A stretch of 64,000 bases of DNA, taken from contig JALDZX010000001.1 of assembly GCA_022813865.1 (NCBI GenBank), forward strand, positions 1 through 64,000, given 5' to 3'. Every line of letters starts with the position of its first letter. Position 1 is the first letter of the stretch. The translations under genes and the position numbers were made by a program. This DNA is from Xylographa opegraphella. Lineage: Eukaryota. The notes under the pieces were generated by a model, which was not told the DNA's origin, made no database searches, and saw nothing but the letters and a program-made list of their open reading frames with translations. Shown here one piece after another: positions 11,074 through 25,452 of the stretch.

Positions 11074-12341
11074 TCACTCCGCTTTGAGTCCCAAGCCTCC
11101 AAACAATTCCTCTCGCGTCATGGCCAGATACCTCGCAATACTCTCTTCCCGATGGAACGCCTCCTTGTAACAAATCTGCCACGTCAACACTCCCGCCCGC
11201 GTCCACATGAAAGTCGACAGGCCCGAGGCAGGCGTCTCGAACGTCATCCAGAAATCCGTCATCTTGACATCTCCATGCACAGAACGGAGTCTCGGCTCAA
11301 ACAGCCCGAGACTAGACACGCTCATTGGCTCTTCATATCTGCTTTCCATCCAGAGTAATAGTCCTTCAACTGGTAGGCGGTATCGATAAATGATGCCGGA
11401 GTGAGCACCATGGGCAAGCAGGTGAAATATGGGGCCGCCACGTCTCTGTATTGCTCGTCACATAGGTATCTTAGACCAAATATGCCAAACGAGAGATGAT
11501 TTTTCTCGTCCGGATGACCACCGTGCTTCTTGGCAGCCAGTACGCTCGCAGCCTGGACGACGTGCGTGGGAGTCAGGCCCCTCTGCTTTGCTGCCGCGAC
11601 GACTCTTGCGGTGTCGTGCTCAGAGAGCTGCATGCGCTGCCATAGCGTGTTGCCAGGAAGGCTTGCGGCAGCACTTATGGCTATCCCCGTGGTGGGCATG
11701 CTACCGATCCAGTGACCATAAAGAACCTGGATTTTGGAGAGATGAGTAGGGTCCGTAGGTGTGATGTTTGCTGCGGATTGGAGCGACGGGGCGAGGTTTT
11801 GGGCTTCATCTCCAAACACAACCTCGGCTGGACGAGCGGCCAGGTGTGAAAGAAGCTGATCGAGGAGATGCTGCACAGAGATCCCATCGATGAGGTCGTG
11901 AGTGATTTGGAGGAGGATTTCTTGAGTTTTAGGTATAAGGTGCAATGTTGCCCGCTGAATGGACCTAAGGGTTGGCTGGAGCCGCTTAGCGTCCTGGAGA
12001 ACGTTTTCCGTGCCATCATGAACGATGAATGTCGCCTGTAACCAGGACTCGAGCTCCGTCTCATTCGCGACTTGGTAGAATCTTCTCCCGTCCTTTGTCG
12101 TACTAGCGAGCATAGGATTATGGTACCGGATCCACTTCCAAGCTTGCCGGGTGGCCCCAACCAGATCAGGTCCTGGATACTCAATCCGTATAGCGAAGCA
12201 TAGCATTGCCCATTATCTACCAAGTGGCTTGGTCACATCTGCAGCAGAGAGATAGAGGTTCTCGGTGGCATCTACAGAACGGGAATAGACGCCTCGTTGC
12301 GTTTCTTGCCAAGTCAAACTATCAGTCTGCGGAGCTGCCAT
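11074..12341 (-). pseudogene. Tri3-like / CoA-dependent acyltransferase pseudogene
   Basis: ATG at 12341 (MAAPQTDSLTWQETQRGVYSRSVD). In-frame TAA at codon 43 (12213-12215, PLGR*WAM). HxxxDG motif present (ITHDLIDG). The frame breaks near 11340: the C-terminal SSLG...DFW...W...Y block lies in another frame (11074-11349). I saw no intron signals that rescue either lesion. Confidence 0.75.
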
Positions 12342-14005
12342 GGTGAAGGACTTTGACGGAGACTAATGAACTTGATGAATGAACCCGCGCGTATAAACAG
12401 CTTGTGGCAGAACTTAAACTTATACACACCGAGGATAGTTGTTCAAGTCACTTGCGCGTGTAGAAAGATACCGGTGGAGGATCGAAAGAATTCTTCTCTG
12501 CTCACCTTAAGTATTCGGCGCAACGTAGGGGAAATATTTTGTACAACGCTGACCTCCTTCATCCCGGGCCTAATTGCAATACCAGTGAGATTTTGATGAT
12601 AATTCTCAATCTTTTGCCGCCATAGTTCCAAACAAGCTTGAAGTGATTTAAGGTAAAATGACAAATGTGGAAAGGCTGAATCGCATCATAACTCGTTCGC
12701 AAGCTTGGCGGCAGCCGTCGCATGGGATAAGCGGACCCACAATGGGTGGTGCAAGGCAGTAAGCTTAGAAGCACATGAGATCAGGAAATTAGCACCTTCA
12801 TCCACAGATGAGACGATGAAGTACTCAAAAGAGAACAGATCTACGTATAACCCAATGTAACAAGTACTTATGCTTTTTGCTTGTGGATAAAACAGAGAGG
12901 CCATTTCCACCTAAAAAGACGCCTCCCTCCAGGGACAATCAGGTATATTGATGTAGACCATAAGCGCAAAATTATAGCTTGTTTACTTGGTGATACGACG
13001 TTCAGACTCCCTGCAAGACGTGAGACGCAGTCATGGCTCTCCAAATAAAGCTGAAACTGTAGATAGTCGGCAGATTTGGGAATAAAATAGGAAAGTCAAA
13101 TGAGATTTGAACCGTGGATCTCGACCTTTCGAGACATCCTCGGCCATTTGATAAGCCGTTCGTCAACTCGTATAGTTGATCACCTTGTAAAAGATATTTC
13201 TTTCCGGGGTCTCCGAATGCACAAGAGGTCGGTCGTAGCAGTCTTGAGCATAGCGAGTGTGGAGAAGAGAATACCTTATGCTATAGGGTTAAGATACCGT
13301 GCAAAAGGCAAACAATGCAAACATATCACATCGAACGTCAGAGAATGAGGCTTTGGAGATCTGTGGCAGTCAGGTATCATACACAGGATGACTATCCATC
13401 ATAGGGTATCCGGATAAACTTGGAAAATGCAGCAAAGAAACCAACAAGCTCCGGTTCTGGCACTGAAGTTGGCGATGCTGACTCTGGAGCTAGAGAGAGC
13501 TACAGCTCAGCTTGCACTCGTGTGCCGATATCTATCTACTCAATAAATCATCCAAATATCAGGGGAAATGTCAAATTAGTATTCATATTCTCTAAAACTC
13601 TTTCTTTCTAGTGAAGATGATAGCGGTCAAGCTATCATGTATAGATATCCGCAATGCATGGTTTAGTCGCGGGTGATAAATGTCTATATCACATTGTCCT
13701 ATTCACATTTCCGGTACAATAGCTGTCTACACATGGACTTTGTTTAGGCCCGCCTGGAAAAACTTCGCCAAGAGTCTCGGTAGAGGGAAAGTGCAACCCT
13801 AACATGTGGCTTCACAGCGTCAATAAACGGCACTGACCTTCACCTTCCTCTCTTCCTCACGTCCTCTCTTGCGCACATTATACTCGCTTTAATTGACAAT
13901 CGTCACTCGTTCTTGTCTTCCAAATTATTACACACACTCCCTCCCAAACACTCGAGAGCTACTGCGCTAGATCGTGCTGCGGCAGATCTGAAGCTGACAT
14001 TCACC

Positions 14006-16909
<2,904 letters not shown>

Positions 16910-17262
16910 TAGTGATACAATATCTACCATAATCGTTCCTTAGCTGTGCTTGAAGTGTTGGAGAGTCTTTTTCTGCTTGCAGAGCTAGTTTTTGGGGTAG
17001 ATAGAGTGGGATGGATACTTGCTTGGGAAAAGCTGCGTATAGACGGAGGAAATAATTTTGATCATCGATAGCTCGTCGGTTTCTATATAGCAGATCCATT
17101 TGCTCAGCAGACTGGGCGTATGCCAACTAATGATTAATGAGATTGCACACAACATACGCCGTAGCTCTGAGATTCCCGGGTAGATGATTTGCAACGCTGT
17201 TGATCACCCAACACCACTGTAATTTGTTATTTCCCGCCGCCCTTCGTGACAAATACTGGGAA

Positions 17263-18219
17263 TCAAGCATTCCCGAGCCCGAATATTCCCCCAAAGAACC
17301 CACCGCCCGCCCCTCCCGCCCCGCCCCTCCTCGCCTCGTTCTCGATCCACAGCGTCAGGAACTCGCGGTCTTGGAGCTCGGCGGGGTCGGTCAGTTTGGT
17401 GAGCTGCTGGGGTTCGCCGCGGCTGAAGGCCATGAGGGTAGGTATGGCTGTTATCTGTATTTTGATGATGGGAGATTAGTATTTGGTAGTGAGGAGGGTG
17501 GTGAGGGTGGGGAGGGTGGGGGGGAGGTTGGGAAGGAGGATTGTGATGGTGTGGTGAGGAGTGTGGCGAGGAGGGTGGTGAGGAGGGTGGTGAGGAGTGT
17601 GATGTGCTGTCCAGCTCGTAATGCCGCCTCTTCTTCCTCTTCCTCTTCCTCTTCCTCTCGTCTAGTATCCTCCATCATGAGACCTTCCCCTTCCCCCTTC
17701 CCCTCCCCCCTCCCACACATACACCCACACACGAACCCACTCACCGCAAAAATCCCCCCCACCCCCTCCGCCGCACAGTCCGGCGCATCCATCTCCACCT
17801 CCGCGAACCCGACCCCGCCCTCCCGCTCGCCGACGCCCTCCCGCTCCAGCAGCTGCAGCAGCAGGGCGCGAATGCTTTGCGAGCTGGAGTCGCTGCTGGT
17901 GGAGAGGGTGAAGAGCGCGAGGAGGGGCCGGGCGGAGGTGCTGCTGAGAGAGAGGGTGGTGGTGAGGGTGGGGAGGGAGCGGATCCTAAAGAGGGGAGGG
18001 GGAGGGGGTGGGGTTAGTGGGTGGTGGAAAATGTTAGGGTTTAGTGGGTTGGTGGAGAGGGGGGGGGAGGGGGTTATGGGGGATGGGGGGATGAGAAGTG
18101 GAGGAGACGTACGGGTCGTAGATGCGGTTGCGGGCGAGGGCGGAGGGGGTGGTGTGGAAGGTGGGTGTGTGGAGAGGCGGGAGGCGGAATAGGCGGAAAG
18201 GCAGAGGAGGCTTCTTCAT
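17263..18219 (-). CDS. Small thioredoxin-fold-like protein, probably mitochondrial; not recovered as one ORF by the track
   Basis: Exons 18219-18113, 17985-17745, 17454-17263 join in frame. Basic presequence-like N-terminus, RNRIYDPIR, GVGEREGGVGFAEVEMDAP, cis-Pro-type ITAIPTLMAF, FLTLWIENEARRGG. Confidence 0.75.
17630..17656. repeat. (TCTTCC)n microsatellite within an intron
   Basis: Tandem hexamers visible at 17630-17656. Confidence 0.8.
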
Positions 18220-18621
18220 TGTGGGTGCTTGGGAGGTGCCGCGGGCTGGAGGTCGTGGGGCCGTGTGGGAGTGGTTATATCGGGTGGAAGTACACCGTTG
18301 CGCGGTAGTGGAGAGATGGGATGCGGCACGTTTCTATGCGGGATTGCGGGTGTGACGTGAATTTTCAGGGCGTGGAAGCTTGGGGTAGGGCTGAGAAGTT
18401 TCAGGGGTCTCTCAGGGTAGAAGGTGTGGGGAATTTCTCGATACTGGCACATCATTGGGCGAAGGTTGATGCAGCCCATACCGATGAGCATCGAGGTTTA
18501 GTCACACACTACAAGCACTGAAGTCGAGCGGTCCAGAAAGTCATTGTATGTACACAAAAGTATAAGCATTACTATTAGACTGCCATAATTACATCACACC
18601 CTATCAACAAAGCGAACCACT

Positions 18622-19659
18622 CTACGGGAGCGTGTTGGTGATCTCCAGAATGGCCGGGCCGGCAACGACGGTGTCGTCGGTGACGGCATCCGAGCAGCCG
18701 GTCAGCACGACGTAGCTCTGGCCGTTGATCTCGGGACTGGTGGGCACGACCACTGAGAAGCCGCCAGAGACCGGGGTCGCGGGAGCGAAGATCGGGCCGA
18801 GGATGGTGATGAATGCAGCGTAGAGAGGGCTGGATCCGTCAACGGCGGCGAGGGTGTAGCCGGGAGTGAGGAGGGTGATGGTCTGGCCAGCAACAATGGT
18901 ACCGGTGGTTCCAAGCGCGAGCGAGGGGAAAGCCTTGACCGGGAGAGCTGGGTTGGTAGCTGGGCAACTGACGATGAAGGGAGCCGCAAGTGTGTACACC
19001 TCATCGAAGTCGAGGGGGGTGTCGAAGGGGACCGGGAAAGGCGACTCTCCGAGTGCTTGACGGATGTAGGCGTTGTGGCGGGACTCGACCGTCAGAATGG
19101 AAGCGGCATCGGTGAGATAGGTCTTGCTCATGATGTCTGCGGCAGCGCCGAGGTAGGCCGAAACACCGACACCTGTGATAGATGAGTGACTGTTTCACGG
19201 AAACACGACGTACAAACTTACCCTCGAGGACCGAGGCGAGCGCAACAAATTGAGCCGGGGTTGAGACACCAAAGTCATAGGTGCACTCCGCGACCGGGGT
19301 GGCTCCGGCAGCGGTCAAACCAGCGGTCAGGAACGCGACGTGGGTTTGCTCGTCGGCCGAGATCTCCTTGAGATTGTTGTAGAAGGTCGCATCGAGGCCA
19401 ATGGCGGCAAAGTCGGCCTCGGTGTAGTTGGCAAGACCCTCACGGTAGAAGGTGTCCTCGAGGTGCTCCAGAGTCAGGGCATAGTTCAGCTGGAGCGGAT
19501 ATTAGACACGAATCAATTGGCTCCCAGGCATTCGGAGCAACACAGGGGACGTACGATGTCAGCATCAGTGATGGCCGAGGCTTGTCGCTTGGCAAGAGGA
19601 GCAGCAGCGCTCAGGCCAGCAGTGGCCACGAGAGCGACGACGGATTGGGAGAACTTCAT
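18622..19659 (-). CDS. Rds1-like secreted ferritin-like-domain protein
   Basis: Signal peptide MKFSQSVVALVATAGLSAAAP followed by KR. Motifs LNYALTLEHLEDTFY, DEQTHV, LASVLEGVGVSAYLG, ILTVESRH, PFDTPL. Two introns at about 19491-19555 and 19174-19221. Confidence 0.9.
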
Positions 19660-20383
19660 TGTGAATTAGATACAAGTATTAAGGACAGTGTATTTTTGCA
19701 GTAAATATTCAATCTGGAAAGACAGTGGTAAACGAGTGACGACTGAGAGATGCAAGAAATGGGTAAGGATGAGATCTTACGATGTGGGGAATCGTTTCTA
19801 CTTATTCAGATCATAGTAGACGGCCCCTTGGCGGTGGGTCGCCATGTTTATCCGCATGTTCATCGCTCCAGCGGCTGGGCCTCGCTCTGGGTCTCGATAT
19901 AGGCACAGGTGCTAGGTGTGGTGGAGATGAGGTCTGGGGAAAAGTCGGACCAAAAAGCGAGCTTGTTTACTAACGGCATCCGCGTTGGGACGACGAAATT
20001 GCGCATACCACGATACGGAACCTGACTAGGCCGTATGCAGTAATATAAAATTGCGGACCCTGATTATCCAATCTCGCCGGTGCCAGTGGATTCCAACGTA
20101 CCACTGATCTAAACAACAAGCTCGAGCTTGGTCGCGGCTCGTCGTGATGATCGGGTGGCCCCTTTCCCAGCTCCGTGATGTCCGTCCTCGGCGTGATGAG
20201 CTAGTCTGGAATTGCTGATGAAGTTCCTGATATACCCTTCCGCCCTTCCTGCCGTTCCTCCTCTTCCCACTTCACACTCGTTATCATCTGTACATCCGTT
20301 GTCTTGTCTTTTCGCAACCAGTCACTCTTTCAAATCCCAAAACCACCACAGTCTTTACTATCTTTCTCAACTTCCCGGCCAAA

Positions 20384-20964
20384 ATGAAGTCTTTCTACGC
20401 TCTCGCCGCCGCCGCACTGGTTGGCCTTGCTTCGGCACAAAACTACACCACCTCGACCGTGTACACGACGCAGGAGATCACGGTCACGAGCTGCGCGCCC
20501 ACCATCACCAACTGCCCGGCCGAGAGCACGGTCCTCACCACGATCACCGTGGCCGCGTACACGACCATCTGCCCCGTCACTGCGACCATGGTGCCGACCA
20601 CCGCTGTCGCACCAAGCTACATCAGCTTAAGCTCGGCTGCACCGACCTACGTCAAGTATGTATCTCTGGCTCGGTTTTGCCGACCCTCTCATTTCTAACC
20701 ATGCGCAGCTCCACGGTCCCGTACTCGTCGTGCCCATCCACCTTCGCCACCTCGACCCCGGTCATGGTCACTCGCTCGGCCGTCAGCACCCCCGGCGCCG
20801 GTACGGCCACGATGCCCATCTTCACCTCGATCTCCACCGGCGCTTCCGTCAGCATGGCACCCACCGGGTCCCCCATTGCGCCCGTGCAGCCGGGTGCGGC
20901 ACCCAAGATCGCCGGCGGTGTGGTCGGGTCGATCGCTTTGGTGCTGGCGGCTTTTGCTCTATAA
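20384..20964 (+). CDS. Small Ser/Thr-rich GPI-anchored cell-wall protein
   Basis: Signal peptide, TSCAPTITNCP and TTICP motifs, intron 20656-20708, GPI-like tail GAAPKIAGGVVGSIALVLAAFAL. Confidence 0.88.
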
Positions 20965-22344
20965 GGTGGTTCGGTGAGAGTGGAGGAGTGGGTGTAATGG
21001 CTATTTTTTTTCGTGGGCGGATGGGCTCCAGATCGGATTCTACGAATGTGATTCACCTTTACATAATAAATACAAGACTTCATAATATCAGTTGGCCTTT
21101 CATTCGTGACGTCCATCTGCTCCTTTGATCACTTCTTTCCTGACCCCGTGTTCGGTAGTATATGTAGTTCACCAGCCCACTTCTCCTATCGCTCGATACG
21201 AAGTCGGATTGCAAGATCTCATGTTGTAATAAGCGGGCGCGCGACGAATTCAGTCAATTTAAGGTGATCGACCCCAGAAGACTGACTAGAGAGCGAAAGA
21301 ATAATGTCTTCGAGGATCGTTCAGGAGTGGAGAACTGCTTCGGAATGTCGTATTCTGTGGAGATCTCTGCCAAGCCAACGTCTGTATGGCCAGTATGAAT
21401 GAGCATGACGTCCAATCTTCTTATTGGCAAATTCTGTGACTAAGCGGCCACAAAAATTCGACGTTCAACTGCGTGACTGACAGAAGCCTGTTGGCACGCT
21501 CACGCTACACGATAATTAACAGGAGCCAATCATCGAGCGTCAGCATAAGTTTTTTGTGTCGTCATCCAGACCGTGGACGGATTTGGCCGGGTCAAGCCGC
21601 AGCCCGTTTCTGCCAAGAGGTGCCGAATGCGGCCAAAAAGTGCTTGTTTTCTTAGCGGGAAGCTGTTCGAGATCTCTCTTGGGATATTCGCAACGACCGC
21701 TCAGTACGGTGGTGGGACAATATCGCCACATCTCAACGATCAGTCAGGGATGGAGAGTGAAACTATTCTCCAGTGTGTCTCTGGATGCAGAGATGCAGAG
21801 AAGCATCGCACGACATGGGTCACACCACCAACGAGCATCCTCGCGTATACCTTAATAGTTCCAGCTCCGGATCCTTAACACGGACGAATGAGCGTATCAT
21901 CGATGGATGGACCAGTCCACAGCCGAGCACTCCATCCCTGTCTCATCCATCGGGGCCGAAGCAAGCAATGTCTCTCGGCTCGGCCTGCTGCCTCGGCTGG
22001 CCAGCCAGTCAACACGGAGATCCTTCAAGTGGGGGATTTCTGATTGGTCTTAGCCGAACCCTAAGTGTCGCAAACGGCCGGCTAATGATGCGGACAGGGC
22101 ACGAGACAGGCGGAGGATTGCATCATTCGCCAATCACTGCTCGCTGCTCGCTCGTACCGACTCAGGCCGCACTAAGGCCCAGCTGCTGCTTACTACCTAC
22201 CTTATCTTGCCTGGTCAAATCATTCATCTTTCCTACACCTCCCTCCTCAACGTAGACGTCTCGTGTTCATCCGCTTTATTTGTTGCGACACTTCCCGTCA
22301 ACCTTGCCACAGAGCACGCGACTACAGCGTATTCGCCGACAACG

Positions 22345-24339
22345 ATGGCCGGAGCTTTCGTGGGCAACGGAGGCGATCCTCGCATGAGTGGCGACGCGGC
22401 GGCCGTGGATACCTACCCCGGCTACATCAGTCCCCAGCAGCGTCTTCTGCACGACCCCAACGTCTCCTTCGAGGAGTATCGATACTACGCCGACAAGACG
22501 CGCGCCGAGGAGAAAGCGCTCAAGGAGACCGAGGTCGGGAGCACCGGCTTCATGCAGATTCTCTTCCCCCCCAAGTCGAGCCCCAAGCCGGTCTACAACT
22601 CGCAAGGTGCCGTGGGCGAGTTCGACGAGAAGGGCAACGCCCGTCGTCAAAGCTCCGTCAACGCCAACCTGGCAGACATGTCCACCCGCCAAGTCATCAC
22701 CATGGAGGAATGGACCAACGCCTCGCGCGCCTTCCGCACCGCCACCTGGGCCGCGTGCTTCTATCTCATCACCACCGATATCTTGGGGCCCTTTGGGGTT
22801 GGGTACGTGCGCCATGTTGACGCCCGGTCGCGGTGCGATTGAACCTCCGCTGATACGTGCAGCTTTTCCATCGGTACACTCGGGTGGGGTCCGGGCATCG
22901 GCCTTTTCACGGTCTTCGGTCTCATGGCAGGATAGTAAGTCTCATGATTGTGATTGTAGTATTGTCAACCAATCATACTGATCTCTGTTTCAGCTCGGGC
23001 TACCTGTTGTGGAGGATATTCTTGGGACTCGACTCGTATGAGTTTCCAATGAAGAACTACGGTGACCTGGCCTTCCGTTTATTTGGTACCGTTCCCCGCT
23101 ATATCGTCAACATCCTCCAGAGTATCCAATTGATCTGCGGGGTGGGCCTGATTGTCATCAGCAACGGACAGGCAATTTCGCAGGTCTCACAATTCAAACT
23201 TTGTTATGCCATCTGCTGTTTGCTGTGGTGTATCGTTGGCTTTGCCGTCGGTCAGGTACGAACGCTCGCGAAATATGGTTGGCTGGCAAACGCGGCCATT
23301 TGGATGAACCTAATGATCATGTTCATCTCCATGGGCGTCATTGCGCACAGCCCTCCGAATTACCCTATTTCCGTCCTCGGCTCCGCAGGCGCCGCTACCG
23401 TTCCAGCGGACATCACCCCAGATCCAACAACGGGCATCTATCCGCCTGTGAAGCATTACAGTGGCCTTCCCAACCCAGGCAGCTTGATCGGTTCCATCAA
23501 CGGGCTGATGCAAGGCGTGTACGCGTACGGAGGCGCGCAGCTTTTCATCGAGTTTATGGCGGAGATGAAGCGACCGCACGACTTCATCAAGGCCATGTGG
23601 GGTGCCCAGTTCTTCATCTACACATGCTACATGGTTTACGGATGCTTTGTGTACTATTACCAGGGACAGTGAGTGCGTCCGAGTCCGAGGTAGTATGTTC
23701 CCTCTGCTAACACTCGACGACAGGTACTCCTACCAGATTGCTTACCAAGGTGTCAGCCCCTATGGGTGGCAGACCGCCGGGAACATGATCGCCGTGATCA
23801 GTGGGATCATCGCCGCCGGTCTGTACGGCAACATCGGTATCAAGGTCCTGTACAACAACATCCTCATGGATCTGTTCCGATTTCCCCCTTTGACCACCCA
23901 CAAGGGAAAAGTCCTCTGGGCCATCATCGTCCCCATCTACTGGACCATTGCCTTCATCATCGCGGCCTCGATACCCGACTTCTTCGGCCTCGTCTCCGTC
24001 GTCGCCGCCTTCTGCATCATCCAATTCTGCTACTCCTTCCCCCCAGCCTTGGCCCTGGGCTTCTTCATCAAGAAGCACGCCATGCGCGCCGACGAAGGCT
24101 TTGACCCCGCCACCGGCCGCGTCATCCGTCACGACGGCGGCATCAAGCGCTGGATCCGTGGCTTCACCGCCGGCCCGTTGTGGATGAACATCTTCAACAT
24201 CTTCTACCTTGGGGGCGCGCTCACGACTTTCATCCTCGGCGCGTATGCAGCTATCGATGGCATCGCCGAGGCTTTCGCGGCGAACCCGCAGCTTAATGCC
24301 TTTTCGTGCAATTCGCCGCTGAATCTCAATGCCTCGTAG
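22345..24339 (+). CDS. Amino-acid permease (AAAP/Aa_trans, Mtr-like)
   Basis: Motifs TATWAACFYLITTDILGP, NYGDLAFR, YAYGGAQLFIEFMAEM, IAAGLYGNIGIK; many TM segments. Three introns at about 22803-22863, 22935-22993 and 23669-23723. Confidence 0.92.
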
Positions 24340-25452
24340 GGAAGGGTTCGGGTGCGTGGGTGAGTGAGTGATGGTTGAGCAGGTGGGTGGATCCGTGGAC
24401 AGCGCAGTCTCCGAATCACAAGCTGGACGATTGGATGTACAGGGTTGGGAAGGGGGTGTAATATACCCATAATAGCGAGGAAGAAAGAACGGTGGTTGTA
24501 GTCCCAGCTCCAGATGGCTGTATATCGCAAGCAATCATCCCCCTATTCCGTCGTTCGGTGTTCACCCGCCTTTCCACCACCCCCCTTTTTCCTGAAAAGT
24601 GGCCCCCTACCTCCTGACTTCCCCTCCCCTCCCTCGTCCCTCACTCGCGCTGTAAGCTTCCCATGTCTCTGAAATCAAATCAAGTTTGCCCCCTCCGACT
24701 CCGGACCACCCGGGGACGAACCTACCATCCCAGCGTACGAGGTAAGGACTGATACTCCTCCCAAATTGCATGGTAGTTGTGGGATATACTACGAGGTAGA
24801 GAGTCCGTTGGCTGAGAGCGCAATGTTGAGATTGAGTGTGAGGGGGAGTATAAGTGTAAGTGTGCGTTGAGGGGATGAGGGGAGGAAGAGCCAAGGCTAT
24901 ATTATAATATCGTAAATTCCAAACCGGGCAGCGAGGCGCAGTGCGTGGCAAGTGCATAGCTACTATCCGATCCACCCCAAGAGAGTACACAGGCAAAGCA
25001 GAGACTTGGAACTTAGGCCTGCGGGGACGGGGGGAGGTGAGGTGAGGTGGGCGCAGTGGGCGCATTACTGAAATCCGACGCGGAGAGGAGGGTCGTAGGG
25101 TGGGCGGCGGTAGGAGGGTAGTGGAGGGAGGCGATCCTCGAGCAGGGTTCACAGTAGGGAGAAAGGGATGGGGACAGACATGGTGAGCAGTTCTGCAAGG
25201 CTGGGCGGAGGCAATGCGGTCGATTGATGGATGTGCAGGCTCGTACTGCTGGGCGGAGGAGATGGCAAGCCGATTGTATCTATTTGCTAACTAACCTAAC
25301 CGCTTACGATGACGAGGCCCCTTTTTCCCTGCGAGAGGAGGACCCCGTACCCGTGGTCTATGGAAAAACCGGTAATCGCTGCACCCGTGCTCGTGAGCCC
25401 CCACTCCAACCGCCTTGCCCTTTCCACGTCCCTAACCCTCGACTACGGGCGC

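Noticed and set aside
13794..13803. CAACCCTAAC telomere-template-like motif
   Set aside because: A single short match in the GMC proximal promoter, with no room or structure for a telomerase RNA.
17200..18192. 330-aa plus-strand low-complexity ORF
   Set aside because: A product of stop-poor skewed composition; the spliced minus-strand gene explains the region.
23707..24534. 275-aa minus-strand ORF and other overlapping ORFs at 22.2-24.5 kb
   Set aside because: Antisense or off-frame shadows of the GC-rich permease gene.
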